From Dehalococcoidia bacterium (GTDB taxonomy: Bacteria; Chloroflexota; Dehalococcoidia; Plut-88900): a DNA stretch of 64,000 nucleotides. Shown in pieces: positions 48,417 to 57,645 of the stretch. How positions within the stretch are numbered: position 1 is the first letter of the stretch; every line of letters begins with the position of its first letter. The stretch lies in contig OZ240215.1 in the NCBI GenBank assembly GCA_965197585.1, positions 1,024,001 through 1,088,000 of the forward strand, in the 5' to 3' direction. The position numbers and the translations under genes are program-made. The notes below the pieces were generated by a model that worked only from the letters and a program-made list of their open reading frames with translations, was not told the DNA's origin and made no database searches.

Positions 48417-48459
48417 ATCCTCATAGCGGTATGATCGCGCAAGTGGCTGTAGTGGGAGG

Positions 48460-49284
48460 CTACCCCTCGGTAAGAATGGGATCGGTCAGGCGCTGATATC
48501 CAGTGGGGGGCAAATAGCGGCCTGTTAACCCGGTGCTGGACAGAGCGTCAGGTACGCTGTGGCTGTCGAACTGCATAATTCCCGGGAGCAGGGGCTCGAC
48601 GTACTTTCTGACCTTTTGTTGCTGCGCGGCTATCGTCTGAGTGGCGTCTATGGTTACTAGGCCGTACTCATCCGTGAGCCTGCCGTATTCCTCCAGGAGG
48701 CGGCCCTGAAACTTGCGGAAAGACTCCTCTCGGCTGGAGGAGAGCCCTAGGTCCTGCCCCGACTCATAGAAGCCAAGCTGGTCGCGGCCTGTGACTATCC
48801 GGCGGATCGATTCGTCCAGGGGAACTTTGAAATAGAAGGCCAGGGAGGGCCGGATAGCGAAAGAATAGACGCGGCGCAGCCATTCTCCGTTGACCCCGCG
48901 GGCTGTGTCCCTGGCAAGGGCGGTGTAGACATAACGGTCGGCTAGAACTATGGTACCCGACTTCAGGGCGGGTATAACCTGCGTGTAGACGCGGTTGGCG
49001 AAGTCAGCGGCGTGGATCAAGCTGAAGGACATGGGAGTCAGCATTCTCTCCTGCTTGCCCCGTTTGGTAGTCCGCTTGACGATTGGTGAGGAGTTCCACT
49101 CCGTGAAAATAGTGACGTAACCAAGCCGCTTCAGCCATTTGCCCAGCAGATCAATCTGGGTGCTCTTGCCGGAGCCGTCTATGCCCTCGACGATGATCAG
49201 GCGGCCAGGGTACTTGCCATCTTGTGGATGATTCCCGTACCTCTGGCCCATTTGGAAGTTCGCGCTCAGGTCGTTATCCGTCAT
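48460..49284 (-). CDS. Thymidylate kinase-like protein A (P-loop GSGKST)
   Basis: LIIVEGIDGSGKSTQI and LADRY motifs; start reassigned to MTDND, 2 nt after the ppx stop. Confidence 0.8.
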   Translation of the reverse strand: MTDNDLSANFQMGQRYGNHPQDGKYPGRLIIVEGIDGSGKSTQIDLLGKWLKRLGYVTIFTEWNSSPIVKRTTKRGKQERMLTPMSFSLIHAADFANRVYTQVIPALKSGTIVLADRYVYTALARDTARGVNGEWLRRVYSFAIRPSLAFYFKVPLDESIRRIVTGRDQLGFYESGQDLGLSSSREESFRKFQGRLLEEYGRLTDEYGLVTIDATQTIAAQQQKVRKYVEPLLPGIMQFDSHSVPDALSSTGLTGRYLPPTGYQRLTDPILTEG

Positions 49285-49286
49285 CT

Positions 49287-50909
49287 CTACCCTCGTACGA
49301 TGTGCAAAGGTTGGTTGAACTCTGCATTCCAGCGTTCCTGAAGATGCGGGGCTGAGGCCCGGGCCCAAGCCGGGGTGACTATAGTGACTAATTCCTCCCC
49401 GGAAGCGTTTGGAGTCTCACTTTTCTCCGGCGAAATGGTAACACATTCCGGCGAAACATCAGGCGGCAAACGGCGCTCGATTTCGTCGGTAACCAGCAGG
49501 ATGGCAGCTGCCTGTCCTACAAACCGCTTGTCGGTTGGTGTCAACGCATCCGAACGTAGGAAGGGCCTTATAAGAATCTTGTCCTCGGCAGCTAGCAGTA
49601 TTGCGGCTATCTGGGCGCATTCCCTGTGGGTAAACCCTGGCAGATCAGACCGGGTGACCAGGGCGGCGGCCCTGTCGTACCGGTTATAGAAATCAATTGA
49701 GCTGCCTACGTCCAGAAGAAGGGCAGCGCATCGGAGAGACGAGGTTAGACGGCGGTGGCGGCCCTGCCATACGGCCTCTGCGATACGGCCACTGATGTTG
49801 GCCCTCCGTGCCCCGCGCCGGGAGAACCGAGGAGCGAAGCGCTGGGTCAGGTCGCGTAGGCCCTCGGATCGGATCTTGGAGCGTTTCGGCAGAGAGATAG
49901 TCTTGCCCGTTGGTATAGGGCTTGGATGCCGAGCCAGACCCTCCCGCAACCCCTGCCCCGATACGATTATCCCCTTGGCTCCTGTGTGGGATATAAGAGT
50001 TTGTGCTATCAACGCACCCCCGACAATAGAGTGGATCCGCCTGCGGTTCATGCCGGAGATGAGCGCTCGCTCCTCTCTCGTTGAAGAGGCCATCATATCC
50101 ATGAGAATTGCGAGCCCGTTGGCGCTGATGTAGTAGCCGTGCATTTTGGGAACAGGATGGGCAGTCCGGCGGCGGTCCAGCTTCGCCAGGAGTCTCATAG
50201 AGCCTCCGGACCCGACCAGCGCTCCTCCCTTGGAGAGAGGCGGGATTTTGGCCTCGGAGAAAAGGTCTGCGGCGTGTTGGGCGGCAGCGGCCAGGTCTTC
50301 CGGCGAGGGTTTGTCGGTCAGCCGGAACAGGTTGGCAAAACGCAAGCTGCCGAGCCGCAGGGAATCGAGAGTCTTCAGAGAACGGCGGGCGAATTGCACT
50401 ATCTCGGTGCTGCCGCCGCCCAGGTCCGCGAGGAGACCCCGGGCCACGGGCAGCCCGTGAATGGCACCGATGAAGCAGTAAGCGGCCTCCTCATATCCCT
50501 CGATTATTCGAAATGCGACGCCGTGCTTTTTGGTCGCGGCCTCTGTCACTTGGAAGGAATTGAGAGACTCCCGTAAGGCCGCCGTGCCCACACCATGCAC
50601 TTCCGTGATGCCGTATCCCGAACAGACTTGGGCAAAGTCCTCGATTGCGTCTATGACCCCTGAAACACCTTCTGAGTCCAGAGTCCCGTCGGCGTCGACG
50701 TGAGACATCAGGTTCAGGTTCAGTACTTGCTGGGCTATTGGTTCTATGCCCCCGCCGGGATTCAGGCGAATGATCTCGGCCCTGGCCGAGCCCGACCCTA
50801 TGTCGATAACAGCGGTCAGGGAGTCGTTGGATAGAGGGGTCGGGCCATGCGCCTCGGCGTGGAGGTCATGACGCGGCCGAGTTTGGAAGGAGCGAAGTTC
50901 AGGAACCAA
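49287..50909 (-). CDS. ppx: Ppx/GppA exopolyphosphatase family protein
   Basis: IDIGSGS, GTAALRE, EEA, DLGGGSTE and GLREG motifs; degenerate C-terminal HD region; start uncertain. Confidence 0.88.
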   Translation of the reverse strand: MVPELRSFQTRPRHDLHAEAHGPTPLSNDSLTAVIDIGSGSARAEIIRLNPGGGIEPIAQQVLNLNLMSHVDADGTLDSEGVSGVIDAIEDFAQVCSGYGITEVHGVGTAALRESLNSFQVTEAATKKHGVAFRIIEGYEEAAYCFIGAIHGLPVARGLLADLGGGSTEIVQFARRSLKTLDSLRLGSLRFANLFRLTDKPSPEDLAAAAQHAADLFSEAKIPPLSKGGALVGSGGSMRLLAKLDRRRTAHPVPKMHGYYISANGLAILMDMMASSTREERALISGMNRRRIHSIVGGALIAQTLISHTGAKGIIVSGQGLREGLARHPSPIPTGKTISLPKRSKIRSEGLRDLTQRFAPRFSRRGARRANISGRIAEAVWQGRHRRLTSSLRCAALLLDVGSSIDFYNRYDRAAALVTRSDLPGFTHRECAQIAAILLAAEDKILIRPFLRSDALTPTDKRFVGQAAAILLVTDEIERRLPPDVSPECVTISPEKSETPNASGEELVTIVTPAWARASAPHLQERWNAEFNQPLHIVRG

Positions 50910-51178
50910 GACGCTGTAGTTTTCTCAGAAGACTTGATCCTTGTCGTACACAGAATGGCGGGCTTGCGAGCATGGCTCAGATAAAGGGTGCGTGTTTCAG
51001 TTCCGATGATAATACAGGCCTTCAAAGGGGCGCAATGTGTCGGGACGCCCCCCGGCTTTCGAATCATCGCCTTGCCCTTGATTCCTATACACACGACTGA
51101 CAATGTCATTCATATACGCTAATTCAGTACAATGCCCATAAATGCATTAGTTCAAACATGGCATAGGCATATGACTCT

Positions 51179-54100
51179 TTGACTCCTTCATACAATCCCC
51201 GAATCGGAGCAGCGCTGGCCGTTCTCGTCATTGCGGCGAGTGTTTTCCTGGGATGGCCGGGATTACCCCTGCCCGCATGGGCGAATGGGGATGACTGGGG
51301 GATGGTCAAAATAAGTGAGGTCACCAAGACCGAGGCCAAGGTCACGATCACCTTCGTCGACGAAACCGCAACCGGTCTTGTTCATTGGCGATACCGCAAC
51401 ACCATGCCCGAGGGACAATGGCTCGGACTTGACGGGGTCTCGGTCATCGGCGGTATCTCCGTATTCGATATTGCTATGCTGAGCCCCGGGACCGATTATG
51501 AGTTACAAGTGTCTCTCGACGGGGATTTTTTGCAGACTGACATCCTATCTAAGAATTTCACAACCCTACCCCCCGACCCATCCGTTTCTGAAGTGATTGT
51601 TGAGAACGTCACCCTGACGGAGGCGACCGTCGTTATAACCATTGCCAACCCAGGTACTTCTTCCAAGACGGTACACATCCAATACCGCACCGACGACACC
51701 CAGCCCTGGAGCGATCCGCCAATCACCATAACCACCTCTACCGATACAGCAACGAAAACGCTGCTCAGCCTAAATCCCGGTACCCGCTACGAAGTGGAGG
51801 CCTCCCTGGGAGTCGGTTTCCTGTCCACCGAGACTGAATCCACGACTTTCACCACCCTCCTCCCAAGGGTCTCGGGTGTGAGCCTAGAAAATGTCACCAC
51901 TTCCAAAGCTACAGTCACGGTAACCATCGCCGAACCGGGGCCCGGTGAAAACAAGGTCTACTTGCGTTACAGCATCGTGCCTTCAACACAGATCTCTTGG
52001 ATTATCCCTTCTCCGAAGTCGGTGGTCGGAGATACAACAACCTTCGCGCTGACAGGTCTGGCCCCGTACTCCGAATACGAAGTGCAGGTGTCTCTGGATG
52101 GCTCATTCACCTCAGAGGTCGAGTCCGCCACCTTTACAACGGCAGCTCCCCCGAGCATCGGTTCGGTGAACATGGCAGATGTCGAGCAGAATTCAGCCAG
52201 TGCTATTGTGAGCATCTTCGACTCGGATGGGACCGCCGTAACCGTCCACCTGCGCTACCGCGAGACACCCTCTGGAGCTTGGATTGCGATCCAACACGAG
52301 ATAACTACGACTGAAGCTGCGGAATTCTCATTGTCGGGCCTGATGCCGGACACAGAATACGAGGTGGAAGTGTCGCTGGATAACGGCTTCTCTCTGGGTC
52401 GGTCCGCCACTTTTACTACCGAAGCAATGACGTCCAGGCCATCCTCACCAGTGGTTCGGGTCTCCGGGCTCTTCACAGAAGACATAACGCCTGGCTCGGT
52501 GACCGTGGTTGTATTGATCGCAGGCCCGGAAAACCGAGTAACGGTGAATTTGCGGTATGGGATCGAAGGCACGAATACGTGGAGCCGTACACTTCGCCGA
52601 ACCACCGCTACGGACACCGCTCCATTCGAGCTTGGAGGGCTGACGGCCGCCACGACTTACGATATAGAAGCGTCCCTATCCCCTGACTTTCCGGTCCACG
52701 AATCCGCGTACGATATCTTTACAACTGCCGCAATTAGTGTTTCGCGGCTCAGGCTGGTAGACATAACCGACACAGAGGCGACCGCGATTGCAGAGATTGA
52801 AGATCCCCAAGGCCAGACTACGGTCTTCGTGCGCTACATAGCCTTGGGAACGGGGGCTTGGAGCGAACCTCAAAGCCGAATTACTAGCTCCAATACGGTG
52901 CGTCTTTTCCTAGCGGGCCTCCTGCCGGATACTCAATACGAGGTGGAGGCCTCTTCAGAGGAGAGCTTCCCCGGTGATAACTCGGCACTCGAGACATTTA
53001 TCACCGAGCCCGCGCCCAGGGTCTCTGAGGCAAATGTGGAGGGCATCACCAATGTGTCCGCCACAATTGCAGTGGACATTGACAGCCCACAGGCTCAGAT
53101 GAAGGTATATCTGCGGTTCCGTGTCGAGGGTACAGGGACCTGGAGTACGACCAGAACCCGTACTACCTCCATACCCAGCGCTCGGTTTTCCTTAGCGGAC
53201 CTGAAGTCTGATACGGGATATGAAGTCGAGACGTCCCTTGACAAGGACTTCCCAGCAGACAGCACTGTATCTGTGGTCTTTTCTACGCAACCGAATCCCA
53301 AGGTCTCAGACGTGACAGTCGAGGACATAACGGAAAAGAGCGGGACTGCAATTGTGAAGATTAACGGGCCACAACCCCGGACAACGGTCTATCTGCGCCA
53401 CCAAGCCCATGGAGACTCGGCTTGGAGCGTGCCTCAAACCCGAACAACCTCTTTGGACACTGCGCGATTTACTTTGTCGGGTCTGATGCCGGACACCGAG
53501 TACGAAGTAGAGGTTTCACTGAATCACGACTTTGAGGAGCTTATTTCTGAGACCTTCCTTACGGCTGCAAAAAGGCCGAAGCCATCCTCCGTAACAGGAG
53601 GGCCTATTACGCAGACCACGGCCTCTATCATTGTGCATATAGACGACCCTCAAGGCAGTTTGACAATCCATCTGCGTATCCGAATTTGGGGCTCAAATAC
53701 TTGGAACAATCCTGAAACCCTCGTAACGTCGGCCTCCGCCGCTCCCTTCGACCTGAAACGCCTTACAGGAGGCACAACCTACGAAGTCGAGGTGTCCCTT
53801 GAATCAGCCTTCCCTCCTGCGGATACTGTTTCGGCCATCTTCACGACCACCCCTGCGACTAAGGTGTCGGGGGTGAATGTCGGAAGTGTTGCTGCAATAG
53901 AAGCCACCGTCACGGTCACAATTTCTCACTCTGAAGGGAATATCCGGACGGTCTATATGCGCTACCGCGGGCTGCCTGAGGGGGACTGGAGTGCAAGCCA
54001 AACGGAAACGGATGCGTCAACAGTGGATGCCCTGTTACCGGGCTTGATTCCCGATACTGAATACGAGGTACAGGCTTCGTTGTATGAGACTTTTCCGGCT

Positions 54101-54589
54101 ACCGACACCCAAGTACAGAGGTTCAATACTCTTTCCGCACAGCCCACGGAAATGCCAACCCCCGTGCCCGCAGCAACACCCACTCATACGCCTACCCCCG
54201 AACCCACATCAACACCCGAGCCCATATTTACCCCCGAACCAACCCCCACATCCACACCCAAGGCCGAGCCCACCATGACCCCCACTCCTCCACCCTCCCC
54301 AACACCCACGCCTCCACCGTCTCTCACCCCCACTCCCACGGCAACTCCCAGCCATACCTCCACCCCGACCAATACGCCCAAACCCGCCGAGACGCCTGCT
54401 CCCACGCCTACCACAATCCTAACTGCACCTGCACTATTTTCACCCACCTCTGCCCCTACCTCGACATCTCAGGCGGAGGAAGAAGAGACCGGGACAGACT
54501 TAGCCCTCGTGATCACCATAGTTACATTGGTCATTGCCTTTGCTATGGTGCTCGGCTTCTTCGTATACCGTCCGAGAACGGCGAGTTAG
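51179..54589 (+). CDS. Large surface protein: signal peptide, 10 FN3-like repeats, Pro/Thr stalk, C-terminal TM anchor
   Basis: Ten L.P.T.YEVE.SL motifs about 95 aa apart; PT repeats at about 54140-54470; hydrophobic C-terminus followed by YRPR. Confidence 0.85.
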   Translation: MTPSYNPRIGAALAVLVIAASVFLGWPGLPLPAWANGDDWGMVKISEVTKTEAKVTITFVDETATGLVHWRYRNTMPEGQWLGLDGVSVIGGISVFDIAMLSPGTDYELQVSLDGDFLQTDILSKNFTTLPPDPSVSEVIVENVTLTEATVVITIANPGTSSKTVHIQYRTDDTQPWSDPPITITTSTDTATKTLLSLNPGTRYEVEASLGVGFLSTETESTTFTTLLPRVSGVSLENVTTSKATVTVTIAEPGPGENKVYLRYSIVPSTQISWIIPSPKSVVGDTTTFALTGLAPYSEYEVQVSLDGSFTSEVESATFTTAAPPSIGSVNMADVEQNSASAIVSIFDSDGTAVTVHLRYRETPSGAWIAIQHEITTTEAAEFSLSGLMPDTEYEVEVSLDNGFSLGRSATFTTEAMTSRPSSPVVRVSGLFTEDITPGSVTVVVLIAGPENRVTVNLRYGIEGTNTWSRTLRRTTATDTAPFELGGLTAATTYDIEASLSPDFPVHESAYDIFTTAAISVSRLRLVDITDTEATAIAEIEDPQGQTTVFVRYIALGTGAWSEPQSRITSSNTVRLFLAGLLPDTQYEVEASSEESFPGDNSALETFITEPAPRVSEANVEGITNVSATIAVDIDSPQAQMKVYLRFRVEGTGTWSTTRTRTTSIPSARFSLADLKSDTGYEVETSLDKDFPADSTVSVVFSTQPNPKVSDVTVEDITEKSGTAIVKINGPQPRTTVYLRHQAHGDSAWSVPQTRTTSLDTARFTLSGLMPDTEYEVEVSLNHDFEELISETFLTAAKRPKPSSVTGGPITQTTASIIVHIDDPQGSLTIHLRIRIWGSNTWNNPETLVTSASAAPFDLKRLTGGTTYEVEVSLESAFPPADTVSAIFTTTPATKVSGVNVGSVAAIEATVTVTISHSEGNIRTVYMRYRGLPEGDWSASQTETDASTVDALLPGLIPDTEYEVQASLYETFPATDTQVQRFNTLSAQPTEMPTPVPAATPTHTPTPEPTSTPEPIFTPEPTPTSTPKAEPTMTPTPPPSPTPTPPPSLTPTPTATPSHTSTPTNTPKPAETPAPTPTTILTAPALFSPTSAPTSTSQAEEEETGTDLALVITIVTLVIAFAMVLGFFVYRPRTAS

Positions 54590-54611
54590 GGGGAAGGCGT
54601 AGGCGTGAGTG

Positions 54612-54641
54612 TATAATGTGACCACAAGAGTTCTTGTGGTC
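54612..54641 (+). promoter_or_regulatory. -10 box and perfect 10-bp palindromic operator of a vapBC operon
   Basis: TATAAT at 54612, then gaccacaaga-gt-tcttgtggtc, then GGAGG RBS. Confidence 0.75.
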
Positions 54642-54652
54642 GGGAGGCTGCA

Positions 54653-54928
54653 ATGCCGAGGATACAACTGATACTCTCCGACGAAGAGCGAGAGCTGTTC
54701 AAGGCTCAAGCACATCGAGAGGGCAAGCCCCTTGATGAATGGCTGAAGGCTGCCGCTCGCCAGCGTCTCGGGTGGGCACCCCCTGCAACCAGGCCTGGCA
54801 GAATTGAAGACCTTGACGCGTTCTTCCGTAAGTGCGATGAGATTCCAGGACCCGAACGTGAACCCGACTGGGAGGAGTACAAGAAGCTGATTAATGAGGT
54901 GCGTCCGTCAGTAGCGGACGCCTCGTGA
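54653..54928 (+). CDS. RHH-type antitoxin
   Basis: MPRIQLILSDEER..F..QA.REG..L..WL..AA; overlaps the PIN gene. Confidence 0.75.
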   Translation: MPRIQLILSDEERELFKAQAHREGKPLDEWLKAAARQRLGWAPPATRPGRIEDLDAFFRKCDEIPGPEREPDWEEYKKLINEVRPSVADAS

Positions 54929-55308
54929 TTTTCGTCGACACCAACGTCTTCATTTATGCTGTGGGAAGCAGTCATCCGTTGAAGAGTCCAGCGGAGGAGT
55001 TTTTCCGTAGCGCTCGGGACAGCGGCACGTCCCTAGTTACCTCTGTGGAAGTACTCCAAGAGTTGCTCCACGTCTATCGACGCACTGGTAGACTTCAACA
55101 ATTGGATGATGCGATGTCACTGGTCACAAGTGACATCGCACAAGTGTGGCCTTTGGAGTGGGCGGATGTGGACAAGGCCCGACAACTCCACGATAGCTAT
55201 CCTGGACTGGCGACTCGAGACCTCTGCCACCTGGCAAGTTGTAGGAATCGGGGCGTTGAGACGATTATGACCTTCGACCAGCCTCTGCTTTCGGCGGCTA
55301 GCGCCTGA
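54925..55308 (+). CDS. vapC: VapC PIN-domain toxin
   Basis: FVDTNVFIYA, EVLQE, RDLCHLA and TFD motifs. Confidence 0.9.
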   Translation: MIFVDTNVFIYAVGSSHPLKSPAEEFFRSARDSGTSLVTSVEVLQELLHVYRRTGRLQQLDDAMSLVTSDIAQVWPLEWADVDKARQLHDSYPGLATRDLCHLASCRNRGVETIMTFDQPLLSAASA

Positions 55309-55370
55309 TTATGCTAATCTGCGTCCAATAGCGCCACCTTGTTCTCCAACGTTCAATAAGGCTAACGCGA

Positions 55371-56486
55371 ATGGACGACGTCGAGACCCTCACCCGTAAG
55401 CTGATCGCAAACGATTCCCAGAGCCACGTTAGCAACGCACCCCTGGCCGAGTTCGTCTCCGATATCCTCACACCCTTCGCCGACGAGATTGAGCGAATCG
55501 AGTACACAGACCCCGGTGGCCGTCATAAGGTCTCGGTTGTAGCGCGGGTAGGCAAGGGGAGCGGAGGCTTGGCCCTCTCCGGGCACATGGACACGGTGCC
55601 AGGTCTGGGCTGGGATGCCGATCCCTTCGAGGCGAGAGTTGAAGACGGGAAAATGTACGGGCTGGGGGCGGTGGACATGAAGGGTGCCATTGCCGGAACA
55701 CTGGTTGCCGCCGAGACATACGCCAGACTTGGGACTCAGGCGCCGTTGACCCTCATCTACACTACCGACGAGGAAACCGACACTCAAGGCGCTCGCAGCA
55801 TAGTCGATGAATCGGAAATCCTACGGTATGTCGCGCCTCGGTACTGCATAGTCGCCGAGCCCACAAATCTGCAAGTGGTCAACGCACACAAGGCGGCTAT
55901 CACATTCAGCGCGACGGCTCGGGGCAGGGCGGCCCACAGCTCCAGTGGTAAGGGACTGAATGCCAACATAGCCATGATCCCATTCATCCACGAGATGGGC
56001 CAACTCTACGCCGAATTGGTGGAAAACGAGGCTTACTGGGACCCGAGCTTCGAGCCGCCTTTCCCAGACTGGAACATCACCATCGACAATCATGGAACGG
56101 TGGCCAACGTAACCGTTCCGCTCAGCATCTGCCGGGTGAATTTCCGTTATACACCCACCCTGGACCCGGGCCCCGTGCTGGCTCGAGTGCAGGAGTCGGC
56201 GGATAGGGCGGGGCTGGAGTTGGAATCGTGGAGCAGCGGACCGCCCCTCTACATTGCGCCCGACTCTGAATTGGTCCAGCTGGCACTGGAAATTACCGGC
56301 GAGCAGGCGCCAATCTCGGTCCCGTATCGCACCGACGCATGCATCCTTAGCGAGGCTGTTCCGTGCATAGTGGTCGGGCCGGGAGACCTGCGGCAGGCCC
56401 ACACCATTAACGAATGGGTTAGCGTTGAGCAGCTTCACCAGAGCGTCGACCTATACTTGAAGTTCATACAGGCCGTCTGCAGTTAG
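55371..56486 (+). CDS. argE: M20 metallopeptidase, acetylornithine deacetylase-like
   Basis: SGHMDTV, GAVDMKG, DEE, VAEPT, AAHSS and QAHT.NE motifs. Confidence 0.8.
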   Translation: MDDVETLTRKLIANDSQSHVSNAPLAEFVSDILTPFADEIERIEYTDPGGRHKVSVVARVGKGSGGLALSGHMDTVPGLGWDADPFEARVEDGKMYGLGAVDMKGAIAGTLVAAETYARLGTQAPLTLIYTTDEETDTQGARSIVDESEILRYVAPRYCIVAEPTNLQVVNAHKAAITFSATARGRAAHSSSGKGLNANIAMIPFIHEMGQLYAELVENEAYWDPSFEPPFPDWNITIDNHGTVANVTVPLSICRVNFRYTPTLDPGPVLARVQESADRAGLELESWSSGPPLYIAPDSELVQLALEITGEQAPISVPYRTDACILSEAVPCIVVGPGDLRQAHTINEWVSVEQLHQSVDLYLKFIQAVCS

Positions 56487-56515
56487 TCCAGGCCCGAGCC
56501 TTAAGGAGGCCCACA

Positions 56516-57619
56516 GTGTGCGCTATGCGATACCCGACCTGGGAAGAGTTTATGGGGGATTGGGAGGAGTTCATCAAGGGTAGCTTCGGGGACAGGCCTA
56601 TGTTCCCCACCCTCGCCCCCGAGACTCCAACCTTCATGGGATTGCCCGAGGCCAAGACGCCGGAAGACTTGAAGGGCGTTGACGCGGCGATAATCGGCGC
56701 GCCCTACGTGGCCACAACCCACGATACCTACGCGGGTGTGGACCGAAACGAGTGGCTTTCGGCGCCGAAGAGGGTCAGGCAGCAGTCGGCGCGATACCAG
56801 TCGGGGTACATCCAGGAGTTCCGGATGGACGTGTTTGATCACCTGAAGGTCGTTGACTACGGTGACGCTCCCATACCCGCCGAGGTTATGAGAGACCAGT
56901 CCCCCGAGAACATACTAAAGGCCCAGGCGGCCGTAGAGATGAAGGTGGGACAGGTGTTGGATGCAGGGGCCATTCCGGTGGTTATCGGGCAGAATTCTCC
57001 GTGCGGGTCCTATGCCATTGCCAAGCCGATAGCCGAACGTACCGACGGCTCCGTGGGATGCGTCAGCCTCGACACGCACTGGGACATCCAACCGATAGAC
57101 TTTCTGTCCCAGGACCCGAGAATCGCCGGCTCTGCAAGCTGGAAGCACAAGATGTACGAGTTCCACGAAAACATGCATCCCCAGCATCTGGTCGAGATTG
57201 GGGAGCGGGGGATGCTGGAGAGAAAGGATCTCGTCGAATCATATACCGACCGTGGGGCTCGGTTCATCTCCTCTTGGGAGGTGCGCGACGAGCTCGGCAT
57301 GAAGGGCGTGGCCCACGAGCTGGACCGGGCTTACAACGGCACGAAAGCCGTTTACGTACACTTCGACATGGACGTGATGGGCGGCGCGGGGCCCGCGCCC
57401 GGGGACATCCTCGGAGAGGCGGTGGAGCCCATAGGCCTATCCGACTTCGAGATCATCAAGATAGCCCATGAGGTGGGGAAGCGGGGGGTGTCGGGATTTT
57501 CCTTCATCTGCATCCCGCCCGGGTCCGCAGTGGTCTATCGGGTGATCGTCTACGTCATCATGTACATGCTCGCCGGGGTGGCGATGGCCAAGAGAGACGG
57601 GACTTACTTACTGAAGTAA
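56516..57619 (+). CDS. Ureohydrolase (arginase/agmatinase family), divergent
   Basis: PTFMGLP, VVDYGD, LDTHWD and VHFDMD motifs; AAGGAGG RBS. Confidence 0.85.
   Translation: MCAMRYPTWEEFMGDWEEFIKGSFGDRPMFPTLAPETPTFMGLPEAKTPEDLKGVDAAIIGAPYVATTHDTYAGVDRNEWLSAPKRVRQQSARYQSGYIQEFRMDVFDHLKVVDYGDAPIPAEVMRDQSPENILKAQAAVEMKVGQVLDAGAIPVVIGQNSPCGSYAIAKPIAERTDGSVGCVSLDTHWDIQPIDFLSQDPRIAGSASWKHKMYEFHENMHPQHLVEIGERGMLERKDLVESYTDRGARFISSWEVRDELGMKGVAHELDRAYNGTKAVYVHFDMDVMGGAGPAPGDILGEAVEPIGLSDFEIIKIAHEVGKRGVSGFSFICIPPGSAVVYRVIVYVIMYMLAGVAMAKRDGTYLLK
57582..57618 (+). repeat. 37-bp direct repeat, copy 1 (ureohydrolase 3' end)
   Basis: cgatggccaagagagacgggacttacttactgaagta matches 58841-58877 at 34/37 positions. 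Confidence 0.9.
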
Positions 57620-57645
57620 GATATGGAAATGCCGCGCCCGGCCTC

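Noticed and set aside
47715-49284. Calling either kinase gene tmk
   Set aside because: Both lack the REP motif and holB context, and occur as a tandem pair behind ppx
54140-54470. C-rich repetitive tract considered as a tandem repeat or CRISPR array
   Set aside because: Explained by Pro/Thr codons of the stalk; no repeat-spacer periodicity. I saw no CRISPR array or cas gene anywhere in the window
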